Assembly: GCF_001194135.2 (NCBI RefSeq)
Contig: NC_068987.1
Coordinates: 841,594 to 893,999, forward strand
Length of the DNA stretch: 52,406 bases
DNA from: Octopus bimaculoides
Lineage: Eukaryota
Direction of reading: 5' to 3'
Shown here: one piece after another, positions 12,032-24,570 of the stretch
Numbering within the stretch: the stretch's first letter is position 1
Layout of the letters: each line of letters starts with the position of its first letter
Notes under the pieces: model-generated
What the model was told of the DNA's origin: nothing
What the model saw: only the letters and a program-made list of their open reading frames with translations
The model's database searches: none
Program-made: the position numbers and the translations under genes

Positions 12032-12818
12032 ATGTATGTATATATATATATATGTGTGTATGTATATATATATGTATGTATGTATGTATGTATATATGAA
12101 AAAAAAGTGATTGTGGGAGAGAAGAGACAGAAGTTGAATGGATCAGGAGAAGAAAAGACATATCATCGAAAAACATGCCGTTATCCCTGGGTAATTGGTG
12201 ATGTAAGATCTAGAAACTTGATTGACAAATGTTGCATGCGGAGTATTTTTACACAATTCCCAGCGTTCGCCATCATTGAATATGATTGGTGACATCAATA
12301 TTTAGGAAAAGAAAAAAAAATGGTCCTAAATAAAAATCTTATATGAAATCCTATCACGTGTGTGTTTGCATCTAGATTTAGAAGTGTGCGCGTGTGTGTG
12401 TGTGTCAGTGTGTGTGTATGTCTGTGTGTGTAAATAATACATGCATAAGTGTGCTCCTATACATACATGTATATACACTTAAATACATGCATACATATAT
12501 ATGTGCATACACACACGCACATGTATATGCATGCTTATCGTAGGATTGTTAGAATAAACAGGAAAAACAGAACTCCATATAGGTGTATATATATATATCG
12601 GCCCTTTTATTTATAATCGGGAGAAAGTTACAAAAGTGACTCAAGTACCTGGAGTTCCTTACATGGATGGATAGTGCCATTCACGAAACTCTCAGTACTT
12701 GAGTTACTATCTGCAGGTTAAAAATAAAGAAAAATCACATACGTACGCCTGCATACACACTCCTACACACACACACATGCACACATATGTATATGTTGAT
12801 GTATGTTTGCACACACAC

Positions 12819-12859
<41 letters not shown>

Positions 12860-12870
12860 CATACATGCAT

Positions 12871-12930
<60 letters not shown>

Positions 12931-13065
12931 GTATATATATACTTACATACATTCTTGGATATATCTATATTTATACACACACAAAGACACAGACACCCCC
13001 CACACACACGCATTCACTCAAACACACACACACGCATTCACTCAAACACACACACACACACACAT

Positions 13066-13116
<51 letters not shown>

Positions 13117-14036
13117 TAGATAGATAGATAGATAGGAGATATGTATGTGTGTGCGTGTGTGTTTCTTTCTGCTCCTTAGAAAAATCTGCTGTGTGGTATT
13201 CGCATACGTAGCGAGTGATGCGAATGCAATATCTGTTAAGCTGTCCAGTATCTCTTGACATCGATATCTTTATTCTTTTTGTTTTTGGAATATACCAATT
13301 TGAAATAGTGCTGGATCAGGAAAAAGTGTTGACAGGAAAAAGTGGAAGGTAGGCGTTAAAGCTATCATTTATATTGTGATGATGCTAAAAACATAGATAA
13401 CCTGATACCATTGATTTGAGGCTTGGGGATCCAGAATTCTTACAGAAAACTGAAGTAAGTTGTTCGAAAATTGAAGTTGTTTGATGTAAGCCAAAGTGTT
13501 CTTGGGCCTGGATGATAACTCCTTCTTTGATCTGTTTAAAAAAACCGTCCTAAAGTGAAACAATTAAATAATGTACTCCCAGTGACCATTTTAAATAAGA
13601 AACAAATTAAGTGATGTGATTGGTCCTGTAACACCAGACCGTGAGCCTAACATTTTAATCACTGAGCCACGTGTCATCACTAGCAAAACAACTATAAGAA
13701 TTCTATAAAAAGACGAAAGAAAACCAACAAAAAACTAGCAATGAAATGAGAAACAAAAACTTAAATAACGGAACATTTAAAATTAATGGCAACAAGTACT
13801 GCCGAAGAAAAACAAACAAATGGGTAAAGAAAGACAAATATAAACCTAAAAGTATAAAACAAAAATTAAAAACAAATGAATATAAAAATTAACAAGTTTG
13901 TATTTGTAAGTTAATGTTTTGACGGAGTCTCGTTCTAAAATGAATGAATAAATTATAAATAAGTTGTCAATAATTATATACTTAGAGCTAGTTTAGTGAA
14001 ATGAGAAAAAATATGCTTGCAGGCGACATGTTTCAT

Positions 14037-14152
<116 letters not shown>

Positions 14153-14371
14153 GTGTGTATGCATACGAGTAATACATATATTGTTCAAATTTACAGAAAA
14201 CAAAAGACGCAGGTGTATTAGTTTAACGCTAGGGGAAAATGGAAAAGTCTTTGACGTTTCGAACCTACGCTCATCGGCAGAATGGATCGAGAAGAAAAAA
14301 ACCGGGGAGAACGAAAAACTAAAACTTTAAAAAATCGGAGAGAGAAAAAGAATGTGTAGGGATTGTCGGGT

Positions 14372-14504
14372 GAAGATGTGGCAACATTCGGTTTCAGTCC
14401 TAGTGTGTGGAAACTTGGGAAAATCACTTCGTGGATTTCGTGGACGGAAACTGAAAGAGCTCGTCATACATACATACATACATACATACATACATACATA
14501 CATA
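14372..14504 (+). mobile_element. SINE family B, 5' half ending in a (CATA)n tract
   Basis: ggtttcagtcc..gtgg..cttgg..gtggatttcgtggacggaaactgaaagagctcgtcata, homologous to 19660-19820 and 44081-44250. Confidence 0.55.
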
Positions 14505-14511
14505 CTTTGAT

Positions 14512-14778
14512 TAAAACAAGTGATTCTGATTGACGTCACTGTGCCTTACGAAAACAGAATGAAGGACGCCTACAAATAGGTCAGCTCAGGTCAGATGTGG
14601 TGGAATACCCCATTGCAGTGGGTGTCTATTTGGTTGTATATTCCTGGGTCCTTTCTGGCGACCCATTGAGCAAAATCCCAGTCAGTCACCATCTCTATGA
14701 GATACCTCCATATGTGACATGTGGTAGACCAACACGAGCTGTCGACCCAGCCGACACCTCAGTGAAAAAAACACGGTT

Positions 14779-14855
<77 letters not shown>

Positions 14856-15000
14856 GTTTAACCATCAATTGAGCTTCCAAGCCGAAGTTCTTGTCATAGG
14901 TGTGGGACTGAGAGGTAAATCTGCTGACGGTTTCATGCAACGATTCTTAATTTCTGAGGAAAAAGTGCACCAAAGTCCTAAACGGCAGAACAATCCGAAA
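14512..15000 (+). mobile_element. Fragments of a restriction-like-endonuclease (RLE) non-LTR retrotransposon, HERO/NeSL-like
   Basis: KQVILIDVTVPYENRMKDAYK* (14515-14580), EYPIAVG (~14603), and after a microsatellite FQAEVLVIGVGLRGKSADGFMQRFL (14875-14950); resembles the RLE IIELTVPWE..I.EA...K / PIEVGCRG pattern. Confidence 0.5.
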
Positions 15001-15224
15001 AAGTTCTATCTGGATTTATTGAAGGACGAATGGAATTTGAAAATGTATGATTTAATTAACATTGAAGCGACATCTCAAACCGAACTCGTTACAACATACA
15101 AGACAACTTGAATCTGGAACAGCTCCGAAGGTGCCGGCTGCAAATGCAGACAGAAGTACAGAACATGATAGCAGGGAGCTGTTAAGAAGTCATGACCGGG
15201 ACGCATCCCGGTCCCTTGAGGGCA

Positions 15225-15430
15225 TAGGGAGTTAACATGCCTTGTGGTATTTGCTCCATCCTTCTGCTCCTTGGATTTAAATCCGTAAAGGCCAGTCTTG
15301 CCTTTCATTCGTTTGGAGTCGATAAAAAATCAGCAATCGAGGGCGGAGGGTTTGTAGCAGTGTAAAAATGCGGGGCCGAATGCCTTGTGGTATTTGTTCC
15401 GAGTGTTTGCATTCTGAGTTCAAATCACAC
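15225..15430 (+). mobile_element. Two degenerate SINE family A-like heads in tandem
   Basis: atgccttgtggtatttg(c/t)tcc occurs twice (~15237 and ~15380); ttgcctttcattcgtttggagtcgataaa; attctgagttcaaat. Confidence 0.45.
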
Positions 15431-16704
15431 TACGGCCTTCACGAGTGATCCGTCCTAATCCCTCGCTCGGTTGAACGTCATCACCGTGACATCGTGACTG
15501 CTTTCAGCGGAGTCCGTTCCGTTACAAGCATTCAGACTCAGTCCCCAAACTGAGAGTATCCTTATCTCTCTTCTCCCTCTCTCCCTCTTTCTCTCAGCCA
15601 TTTTGAAGGGTGTTGGCTAATATCCCCCCCCCCCTGATTTAAAGATAAAAGACATAATTAGCCACTGTCAGAAGGGTATATATAGCTTGAACTGGGAGGT
15701 CAGCTGTACGATGTTTAACATGTTGTCAGATTTCTCGATTCTTGTTATATTTGATGTCGACCACATGTGTCAACGGATTGGGAAGTCAGCCAGATTTCTT
15801 TAACGAAGCTTGACTTTCTCCTATTTGAATTTCAATGAATCAATCAATAAGACATAGAAGAAGGGTTAAAGGAATCGTAATGAAACTGTGAAATATGTCT
15901 CACCTAACAAGAAATAGTTTGTTTTGAAGAAATGTAAGATAAACACAGATAATTCCTTTCATCAATACAAGTTGATGTTGTTTGATGTGGAGGAAGAAGA
16001 CGACGAAATGTATACGGTTGGGGATAGAGTAACAACATCAACATGGACAGATGAAAGAAATAAAACTATAAAAATTCTAGACAAATTGATTAACTGTTAG
16101 TGACCAGATCATAAGTAACGTCTACTATAAATCAGAAAATTGTATCATGACTGCAATATAAATATGATCTGAATGTTGAGCCAGGACTAAAGATAGCATT
16201 GAGAAAGAACTAACCAATAAGGAAGACCTGAGTTGGTCGCACCAGCTGCTGGAAATAGCAGCCAAAAATGCACGCGCTAATAGCATAAATAACAAAATCG
16301 CAAAATAAATCATATAGTCTTGCATACAATTAAAACCACGGAATTTTCGTCACTGGAATATCTTGGAACATAAAACTACTCAGTCAGTTTTGACTGGGTG
16401 GCGGGGTATATGCAAAAATCAGTAGAGCGTGAAGCACAGTGTCATGTGACACGTACTTTCTAATTGAAAGCTGGACATCACCTTTCATTGTTTTTAAGAG
16501 AATACAAAAGCAATTGAGTTTAATGGTTGCTTAGTTGGGGAGTTCGATTCACAGCTACGCAAGGTATGTAAATGTGAGGACTTGCAACCCAATATTAACG
16601 TGTTGTTATAGCAAGCATGTACTTCTGGACCCAATTCCAAAACAGAATTATTTCACGTTCTCTCGAAAGTTTATAAATTTTCATGACGTCAACAGTGTAT
16701 ATAT

Positions 16705-16766
<62 letters not shown>

Positions 16767-16783
16767 AGGGTACACACACGTAT

Positions 16784-17015
16784 GAAGGCTCGTAGCCCAG
16801 TGGGTCAGGACATTGTACTTACGATCGCTAGATCGTGGTTTCGACTCCTGCACTGGCGATGCATTGTGTTCTTGAGCAAAACACTCCATTCCACTCAGCT
16901 GGCAATAACCCAGCGACGGACCGGCATCCCGTCCAGGTGGGGAATATACGCGCCATGGAAAGCGGGAATCCAGCCGTGTGAGTCGGTATGACTCGGGAAG
17001 GAAACGCATTGTGAC
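16784..17015 (+). mobile_element. SINE family C (tRNA head plus conserved core)
   Basis: A-box tagcccagtggg, B-box ggtttcgactcc, core tgtgttcttgagcaaaacact..ccactcagctggca; ends ggaaacgcattgtg like the copy at 38432. Confidence 0.7.
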
Positions 17016-17125
17016 TAGCGATGTACAACAACATCCGATAGTAATGTGTGTGTGTGTATGTGTGTATGTGTGTATGTGTGTATGTGTGTGTGTGTACCAA
17101 GTATATGTGTATGTGTGTGTGTGTA

Positions 17126-17164
<39 letters not shown>

Positions 17165-17737
17165 NNNNNNNNNNNNNNNNNNNNNNNNNNNNNNNNNNNN
17201 NNNNNNNNNNNNNNNNNNNNNNNNNNNNNNNNNNNNNNNNNNNNNNNNNNNNNNNNNNNNNNNNNNNNNNNNNNNNNNNNNNNNNNNNNNNNNNNNNNNN
17301 NNNNNNNNNNNNNNNNNNNNNNNNNNNNNNNNNNNNNNNNNNNNNNNNNNNNNNNNNNNNNNNNNNNNNNNNNNNNNNNNNNNNNNNNNNNNNNNNNNNN
17401 NNNNNNNNNNNNNNNNNNNNNNNNNNNNNNNNNNNNNNNNNNNNNNNNNNNNNNNNNNNNNNNNNNNNNNNNNNNNNNNNNNNNNNNNNNNNNNNNNNNN
17501 NNNNNNNNNNNNNNNNNNNNNNNNNNNNNNNNNNNNNNNNNNNNNNNNNNNNNNNNNNNNNNNNNNNNNNNNNNNNNNNNNNNNNNNNNNNNATATATAT
17601 ATATATATGCACATACATTCGTATACACACACACATATAAATCGATCGATCAATAGATAGATAGGTAGATATGTATATACGACAGATGTAAATGTATACA
17701 TATATACTATGCATGTGTATGCAGGTATGGGGAGAGT

Positions 17738-17796
<59 letters not shown>

Positions 17797-18049
17797 TGAG
17801 GGAGAGAGAGAGTGTTTGTGATAGTTATTCAAAGATCCATATAACTAGATAAAATCTGTCTATTTTGTTTCGTTGCAGTTTCTGTTTTTATATATTTCTA
17901 ATTTCGTTTTTGGTCTGACTGTTTGTCTGTCTGCAGTTCCGTTCAAATGTCCGGATGTAAGTAATTCAACTGATCGGAATGGAATGGCTGACCAGAAGTA
18001 TGGACAGCAAGAGATGAAACCAATTATACCAAAATCCCTGAGATGTGGT

Positions 18050-18220
18050 CATCAAAATGATCGCATCGAACCTAGCGTTTCGCTGGTTCTTAATTTATCA
18101 CCTTCGAAAGGATGGAAGGCAAAGTCGACCTCGGTGGAATTTGTACTCAGAACGTAGCGGCAGACTAAATGCCGCTAAGCTTTTCTCCCGGCCTGCTTAC
18201 CATTCTATCAGCGCACCGCC
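18050..18220 (-). mobile_element. SINE family A
   Basis: Reverse complement: ggcggtgcgctgatagaatgg..cttagcggcatttagtctgccgctacgttctgagtacaaattccaccgaggtcgactttgccttccatcctttcg. Confidence 0.8.
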
Positions 18221-18239
18221 TTGGAACCTCCTTAAAATT

Positions 18240-18583
18240 TGAAATAGGAAGAGTTCGGAGACCCCTTAAAATTTGAATTAGGAATAATTTGAATCACGCG
18301 AGAAGTAAAGGTCGTGCCTATAATAATTGTTGTGTTGGGAACAATAAGCCAAGATAGAGACAAATGGCTGAAGGAGATTGGAATAGAATGCCCGGTAGAG
18401 CTCAAACAGAAGGTTTTATCTCTTAGGGACAGCAAAGATTATCAGGAAGGTTCTAAGCACTTGAAAGACTGCTGTAAACTTGTGGATACCTAAGGTTACG
18501 GGCAGTGACCCGCTACCGACATGAATCCTACCAGGAATAAGACCGAACCTGAGCCAATCCAAAATGATAATAATAATAATAAC
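18240..18583 (+). mobile_element. RLE-type LINE 3' end (R4/Dong-like) with 3' UTR and (TAA)n tail
   Basis: GDPLKFELGII*ITREVKVVPIIIVVLGTISQDRDKWLKEIGIECPVELKQK / LLGTAKIIRKVLST* (stop 18462-18464), then about 100 nt of UTR and an ataataataataat tail. Confidence 0.8.
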
Positions 18584-19427
18584 ATTGATAAAATTCAGTT
18601 AGAGATCAAATGCAGAAAGTGTAGGAGAGGAGACAATATAAGGATTTTGAGCCGGTTATATTGCAGGTATTCATAGAAATGAATTAGTGCAGTACGATAC
18701 TCTTTGAAGGTCGCAGCCTGGGTGTAGCTGGATACCCGGTAAATTTCAAGTAGAAAATTGTGAAAATATTATTTTCGAGTAATTGAAAAGTGATGCGAGC
18801 CAAAAAAAAGAAAAAAGAAAAATAAGAAAAAAGATGGGGAAAGAGAAAATATGGGAGTGTGGGGTGTGGGGCGTAACAGCGTCGGTGTGCAGAAAGCGTA
18901 ATTTTAGGAAAAATGTGCATTTTAATAATTTTGAGACTCGGATCAATTCTTTAACTCTCCTCTTTGTATTGAGTACTTTATTAAACAATATTTCTCATAG
19001 TTTTAATATCTCTGTGATATATTAGCACCTCTCCATCTTTCTGACTCCGTGCTGCACTGAAGATCAAATTAAAACTTACTGGTTCACTTCTCATAGAAAG
19101 TTGAAAGCCATTGGTGCATTTAGCAGGGAAAAATAAATGGAAGACAAAAAAAAAAAAAATGAAAGCTATGCGTTATAGTTTTAAAAAATTCTGACAAAAT
19201 ATGTAGAAAGTTATTGTTTTCATTATTTTATTAATCGTAGTTTGTGTTTAACAAAATCATGAATAATATGGTTTGTATGACGCCCCGATGTTATCAGGTA
19301 ATTTTTAAAACTTAAACTTATATATTTTATACATCGGCAGAACATCGTATGAAAATCAGCGCTAAAATACGTTAAAAACCAACATCCATGTCTGTATGTC
19401 TACATCTATCTTTATGTATGTGCGCGC

Positions 19428-19463
<36 letters not shown>

Positions 19464-19659
19464 ATTTATTATGTGGAACAAAAAACGAAAAGTAGATAAA
19501 CTTTTTCAAGAGATACCAGACAGAACAACTACACCGAGATACATCACAATCAGTAACAGCTCCCTACTTAAACAGCTCATCATCCCACAAAAGTTCACTC
19601 ATATCGAGTGGTGCAATTAATTTAGACCTGGACTGGATCACATTTTAGCGGAAGCATAT

Positions 19660-20100
19660 TGAAGATATGGCTGAGTGGTGAGGTGTTTGCTTCCCAACCA
19701 CATGGTCACTGGTTCAGTTCCACAGCGTGGCACCTTAGGCAAGTGTCTTCTGCTATAGCCCCTGGCCGACCAAAGAGTCGAGAGTGGGTTTGATACACGG
19801 AAACTGAATGAAGCCTGTCGTACACAAACGCACACACGCGCATATGTATATATGTAAGTGTGTGTGTGTTTTTCTGTGTCTTTGTGTCTGTATTTGACCT
19901 CTACCACAGCATGACAATTGTAGTTGGAGTGTTTACGTCACAGTAACTTAGCGATTCGGTAAAGGAGAACGATAGAGTAACTGTTAGGCTTAAAAAAAAA
20001 ACGTCAATTACTGGAGTCGATTCCTTCGAGTAAAAACTCCCCAAGGTGGTGCCCCAGCATGGCCGCAGTGTAATGACTGAAACAAGTAAAAGATAAAAGA
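19660..20100 (+). mobile_element. SINE family B, full length with internal microsatellite
   Basis: Head tggctgagtggtg..ggttcagttcca..gtggcaccttaggcaagtgtcttct; internal CA/TA/TG tract 19822-19870; 3' end gtgccccagcatggccgcagtgtaatgactgaaacaagtaaaag. Confidence 0.85.
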
Positions 20101-20718
20101 TATATGTATGTGTGTGTGTGTGTGTGCACGCGCGTGTATGCGTATATGCATGTGCGTGTATGTGCGTGTATGTGCGTATGTATCAATAAGAATTTTGTTT
20201 CCCGTGTAGTCTGCGTCGATCACATTTTACTCACTTTACACTGGTAACAATAGTAAATAAGTGGCTGAGTATTCCACGACCACATATACTCCTAGTGCAC
20301 ACCGTGTGTCAAGCCTTACATCTTTGAATTATGAGTGGACTCCACCTTGATTAGCTTCAATAGTTTCCATCTACACAACATCACCCCCCCCCCCNNNNNN
20401 NNNNNNNNNNNNNNNNNNNNNNNNNNNNNNNNNNNNNNNNNNNNNNNNNNNNNNNNNNNNNNNNNNNNNNNNNNNNNNNNNNNNNNNNNNNNNNNNNNNN
20501 NNNNNNNNNNNNNNNNNNNNNNNNNNNNNNNNNNNNNNNNNNNNNNNNNNNNNNNNNNNNNNNNNNNNNNNNNNNNNNNNNNNNNNNNNNNNNNNNNNNN
20601 NNNNNNNNNNNNNNNNNNNNNNNNNNNNNNNNNNNNNNNNNNNNNNNNNNNNNNNNNNNNNNNNNNNNNNNNNNNNNNNNNNNNNNNNNNNNNNNNNNNN
20701 NNNNNNNNNNNNNNNNNN

Positions 20719-20772
<54 letters not shown>

Positions 20773-21300
20773 AGGGTATGTGTGTGTGTATGTGTGTGTG
20801 TTTGATTGCAGCTGAGTGCGTATGTATGCAAATGTTTGTGTGTATGTGAGTATAGCTTTGTGTGCCTGTGTGTATGTTTCTGTTCATGTGTCTGTGTTTG
20901 TTATATTTTGATTTACCTCTGTATGTGCATGAGTGTGTATGTGTGTGTATGTGTACGTGTGTACGTGGGTGTGCGTGTGTGTTCAACATCGTATGTAAAG
21001 TGTGTATACGTGTCCCCACCAGTGTGGATGACTGCGACTATGTGTGTATGTGCGTAGGTTACAGAATCTCAGTCAATGTGACTATTATTTTGTGTAAATA
21101 TGTTTGTGTGTCTATGTGTATGCGTTTCACTGAATGTACATATACATATTTATACCTGTATGTGTGTGTGTGTGCGCTTCTACTCATGTGTGTGTGTACA
21201 TGTGACTGTCTCTCTGTCCATATGTATGTGAGTGTGTGTGTGTGTACGGTTGCTTGTTTGAATGAAGCAGTTGTGTCTGTGTGTGCGAGCTGGTGGAATT
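20719..21300. repeat. Long degenerate (TG)-rich tract
   Basis: About 580 bp of alternating purine-pyrimidine sequence; source of the CV-rich ORFs. Confidence 0.85.
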
Positions 21301-21392
21301 GATGTCTTCTCAGCAACTTCTCGACGAAAGAGAATATGGATTGTGTGTGTACGAGAGAGAGAGGAGGAAAGGCAGAGTGGGAAAGAGAGAGG

Positions 21393-21433
<41 letters not shown>

Positions 21434-21938
21434 GTGTTAAAAAATAGACAATTAGAGAAAGAGGGGGAAGTAGGGAGAATGGAGAGGGACATAGTTTGAG
21501 ATGGAATAGAAGGGGAGGAGAGAAAAATATATAGGATGTGAAGAGAAAGTACGAAAAGNNNNNNNNNNNNNNNNNNNNNNNNNNNNNNNNNNNNNNNNNN
21601 NNNNNNNNNNNNNNNNNNNNNNNNNNNNNNNNNNNNNNNNNNNNNNNNNNNNNNNNNNNNNNNNNNNNNNNNNNNNNNNNNNNNNNNNNNNNNNNNNNNN
21701 NNNNNNNNNNNNNNNNNNNNNNNNNNNNNNNNNNNNNNNNNNNNNNNNNNNNNNNNNNNNNNNNNNNNNNNNNNNNNNNNNNNNNNNNNNNNNNNNNNNN
21801 NNNNNNNNNNNNNNNNNNNNNNNNNNNNNNNNNNNNNNNNNNNNNNNNNNNNNNNNNNNNNNNNNNNNNNNNNNNNNNNNNNNNNNNNNNNNNNNNNNNN
21901 NNNNNNNNNNNNNNNNNNNNNNNNNNNNNNNNNNNNNN

Positions 21939-22007
<69 letters not shown>

Positions 22008-22077
22008 ACTTATATAAATTATATATACACATATATATGTATATCTGTCTATCTGTTTACCTGGTTTCCTTCTCTCA

Positions 22078-23195
22078 GGTAATGTGCACTTGTAAAGAGG
22101 TATCATCACTCATGTCGACACCCAGGTCGCGCATTGATTTAGGTTCTGGGATTGTAATCGCCCCTGGCCCAGTGTACCCTGTAAGTCATTCGTTCCGTTT
22201 TGGGCAATGGTAGCCCAGGGCTTTCATATCGCCTGCGTAGCTAGCAAGGGTGGCTATCCGGACAGCTAAGGGCATATCTGAGGGGGCCACTATGAAAAGC
22301 AGTGGTCCCAAGACATTGGCCCGTGGAGCGCTTCTCACTATTCGTGTTTCCTTTGAGGTGGCTCCATTGACCACCGCTGTCTGTCTTCTATCCTTCAGAA
22401 AGTCATGTAACCATTCTCCAAGTTTTCCAGCTATGCCAAGAACACGCAGTTCGTGGCATATCATACCATGATCTACTTTATCAAAAGCTTTTGCTAAACC
22501 AAGTTATATTGCGTCCACATTTAAATGGTCAAGTAACTACCTCAACACCCAGTCAACACTCAGCAAGTCGTTCTCTTCAAGGAATACGATTAGTTTCCCT
22601 TTGACTATTCGTTCCATGACTTTGCTGACGTATGAAGTTGGTATGATAGGCCTATAATTTTTGGCATCTGCTCTGCTTCCTCTTTTATGGATTGAGCGTA
22701 TTACCTCCTTCAATTTGTTTCGCACCTTGCCATTTGCAAGAGAACTGTGAAAGGGAATCGGTAGTGGTTTCGCCAGGGTACGCTTACACGATTCGAGGCG
22801 GATTGCTTGGAAACTATTAAGACCAGCAGTTGAGTTTGCGTCCGCCTCATCTACGGTTCATAGTATATCTTCTTCGCTAATGTTGATGTCATCCATCGTA
22901 GCTGGTTATAGATGAGGCAACAAAGGATTTCCACTGGTTCGTTCACTTGTCTGTGTTCCTACGGGGTGGTAAAGAAACTTTTGAACTGGTCATTCAGTAC
23001 CTCACTGATCCCGCTTAGACTATCTGTGAGGGAGGTATCTTTTTGGAAGAGGGGTCCTATTTTGTGGCGTACTGAGGTTGTTTCTTTGGCATAATGAAAG
23101 AAGGCCTTTGGGTCTGACTTTTTATAACCCAGGCTTCCTCTATTTTACGTCTTCGTTTCTCTCATCGCGTCGTTCTCTGACCGGGTGAAACCGAG
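22078..23195 (-). mobile_element. CR1-clade LINE ORF2 (RT) fragment with internal deletions
   Basis: KSDPKAFFHYAK..KIGPL; IHKRGSRADAKNYRPII.TS..SKVMERIV; LAKAFDKVDHGMICH.L..LGIAGKLGEWLHDFL.DRRQ; VLGPLLFIV; ASYAGD (YADD degenerate); MRDLGVDMSDD. Confidence 0.9.
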
Positions 23196-23203
23196 CTTAG
23201 ATG

Positions 23204-23247
<44 letters not shown>

Positions 23248-23394
23248 TATATTTATCTTCTGTAAATATAAATTTTAAAATGATAAGCGTAGTTCACTGT
23301 ATTTTGGCTATAGCATATAAGCTGATATTGGGGCATATAAGCCCTCGACAGAAAACTTTTAGCTTTCAAATAATGCCACTCTACTGGTCAAAAT

Positions 23395-23520
23395 TCGCCC
23401 CGAACAGAACGTCTGTCCATCGCAGGGTTGTCTATTCAGAACTAAGTGGTCTGGAGCAATGTAAAATGAAGTGCATTGCTCAAAATCACAACGCAGAGAC
23501 TGTCTGGGAATCGAAACTAC
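23395..23520 (-). mobile_element. SINE family C fragment
   Basis: Reverse complement: gtttcgattccc..gttgtgattttgagcaatgcacttcattttacattgctccagaccact. Confidence 0.5.
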
Positions 23521-24063
23521 ACACAGACACACAGACACACACACATATTCTGTTATTACACTTAAGTACAAATATTGTACTTAAAGCTTTCCAAGCTGCG
23601 GTATTCGTATCGTGGAAACATCTCTTATAGACATACAGTGTTAAAAACAACCGAAATATATTAGATGCAGACAACAAACGTCCATTCACTGGTCGTAGCA
23701 TTACATTGTTATTTCGAACTTCTACCGCTTCCGTTGATAATAGGAATATGTAGCAAATCTTTAAATCCCGATAAACTTATTTTTTGTCTTTTATCTATAG
23801 TTCTGAATTTTATTGTATTTTCTTTATTCCATAGTGTTCTTTTCTGAATTCTTATTAATCTACTGTTGTCGCTTCTTTATTGAACTCCATGTATGGCGAT
23901 TTTAGAATATAGAAAGAGCGAAATCTTCCGAATGCATTTATTGTTTCTGACTATGTAATGAAACTATTTGCTATTGCTATTAGCACCAGCGTCTGATGTT
24001 TCAACTTGCCATGAAATATTCTGAACTGTAGCCTATTTGTTATGGTACTGCACAATATCTATG

Positions 24064-24103
<40 letters not shown>

Positions 24104-24349
24104 CATTCAGTTTTGTATGTGAGACGGATGATGTAGCATTGCTTACGCAACTAACACAGATTACGAAATAGCTGTCAATTAATGGAATAAACATCTATTC
24201 TCTCACTTCATTTATCTGGTCACATATACACTTAAATACCGAGATAAATTTCCGCCAGAATTGGCCCAAGCTATTAGTAACTTAATAGCATCAAACGGAA
24301 ATACTGATGCTATTTAATGATGTTTCATTTTACAGTCATACTTGATAGC

Positions 24350-24570
24350 GTAGTCCATTCATGTTAAAAGTTATTGTTCCCAGAGATTTATCCGGCGATA
24401 GGTGTTGTATCTGCTATTCGCTGGAGGCATTCCTCCAGGAACCGTTTGGATGCCATGAAATCTTTTCCTCCCCCAATGTATCTTGTGAGGGTGGTAATAA
24501 GAGCCGGTTCCAGTTGAGGTGAAGCAGTTCCGTTCTGAATTGAGTATGATTTTTGCAGAGTACGGATGCC
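24350..24570 (-). mobile_element. CR1-like LINE extreme 3' ORF2 fragment
   Basis: KDFMASKRFLEECLQRIADTTPIAG*ISGNNN..EW resembles the CR1 end FK..LD..L..IPD.P...GY.S.NNNSL.EW. Confidence 0.5.

Noticed and set aside
13307-13520. SAGSGKS ... KVFLGLDD in one plus frame, resembling NACHT Walker A and B
   Set aside because: Six stop codons lie between the motifs and the spacing is short; likely coincidence. A HMMER NACHT search would settle it.
15194-15213. Perfect 8-bp GC hairpin gaccggga-cgca-tcccggtc (Helitron 3' end?)
   Set aside because: No CTRR at the expected distance on either strand and no Helitron sequence adjacent.
15975-16310. Peptide scraps DVEEEDDEMYTV and KELTNKEDLSWSHQLLEIA resembling LTR gag
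   Set aside because: Too short and stop-riddled; no protease, RT or LTR nearby.
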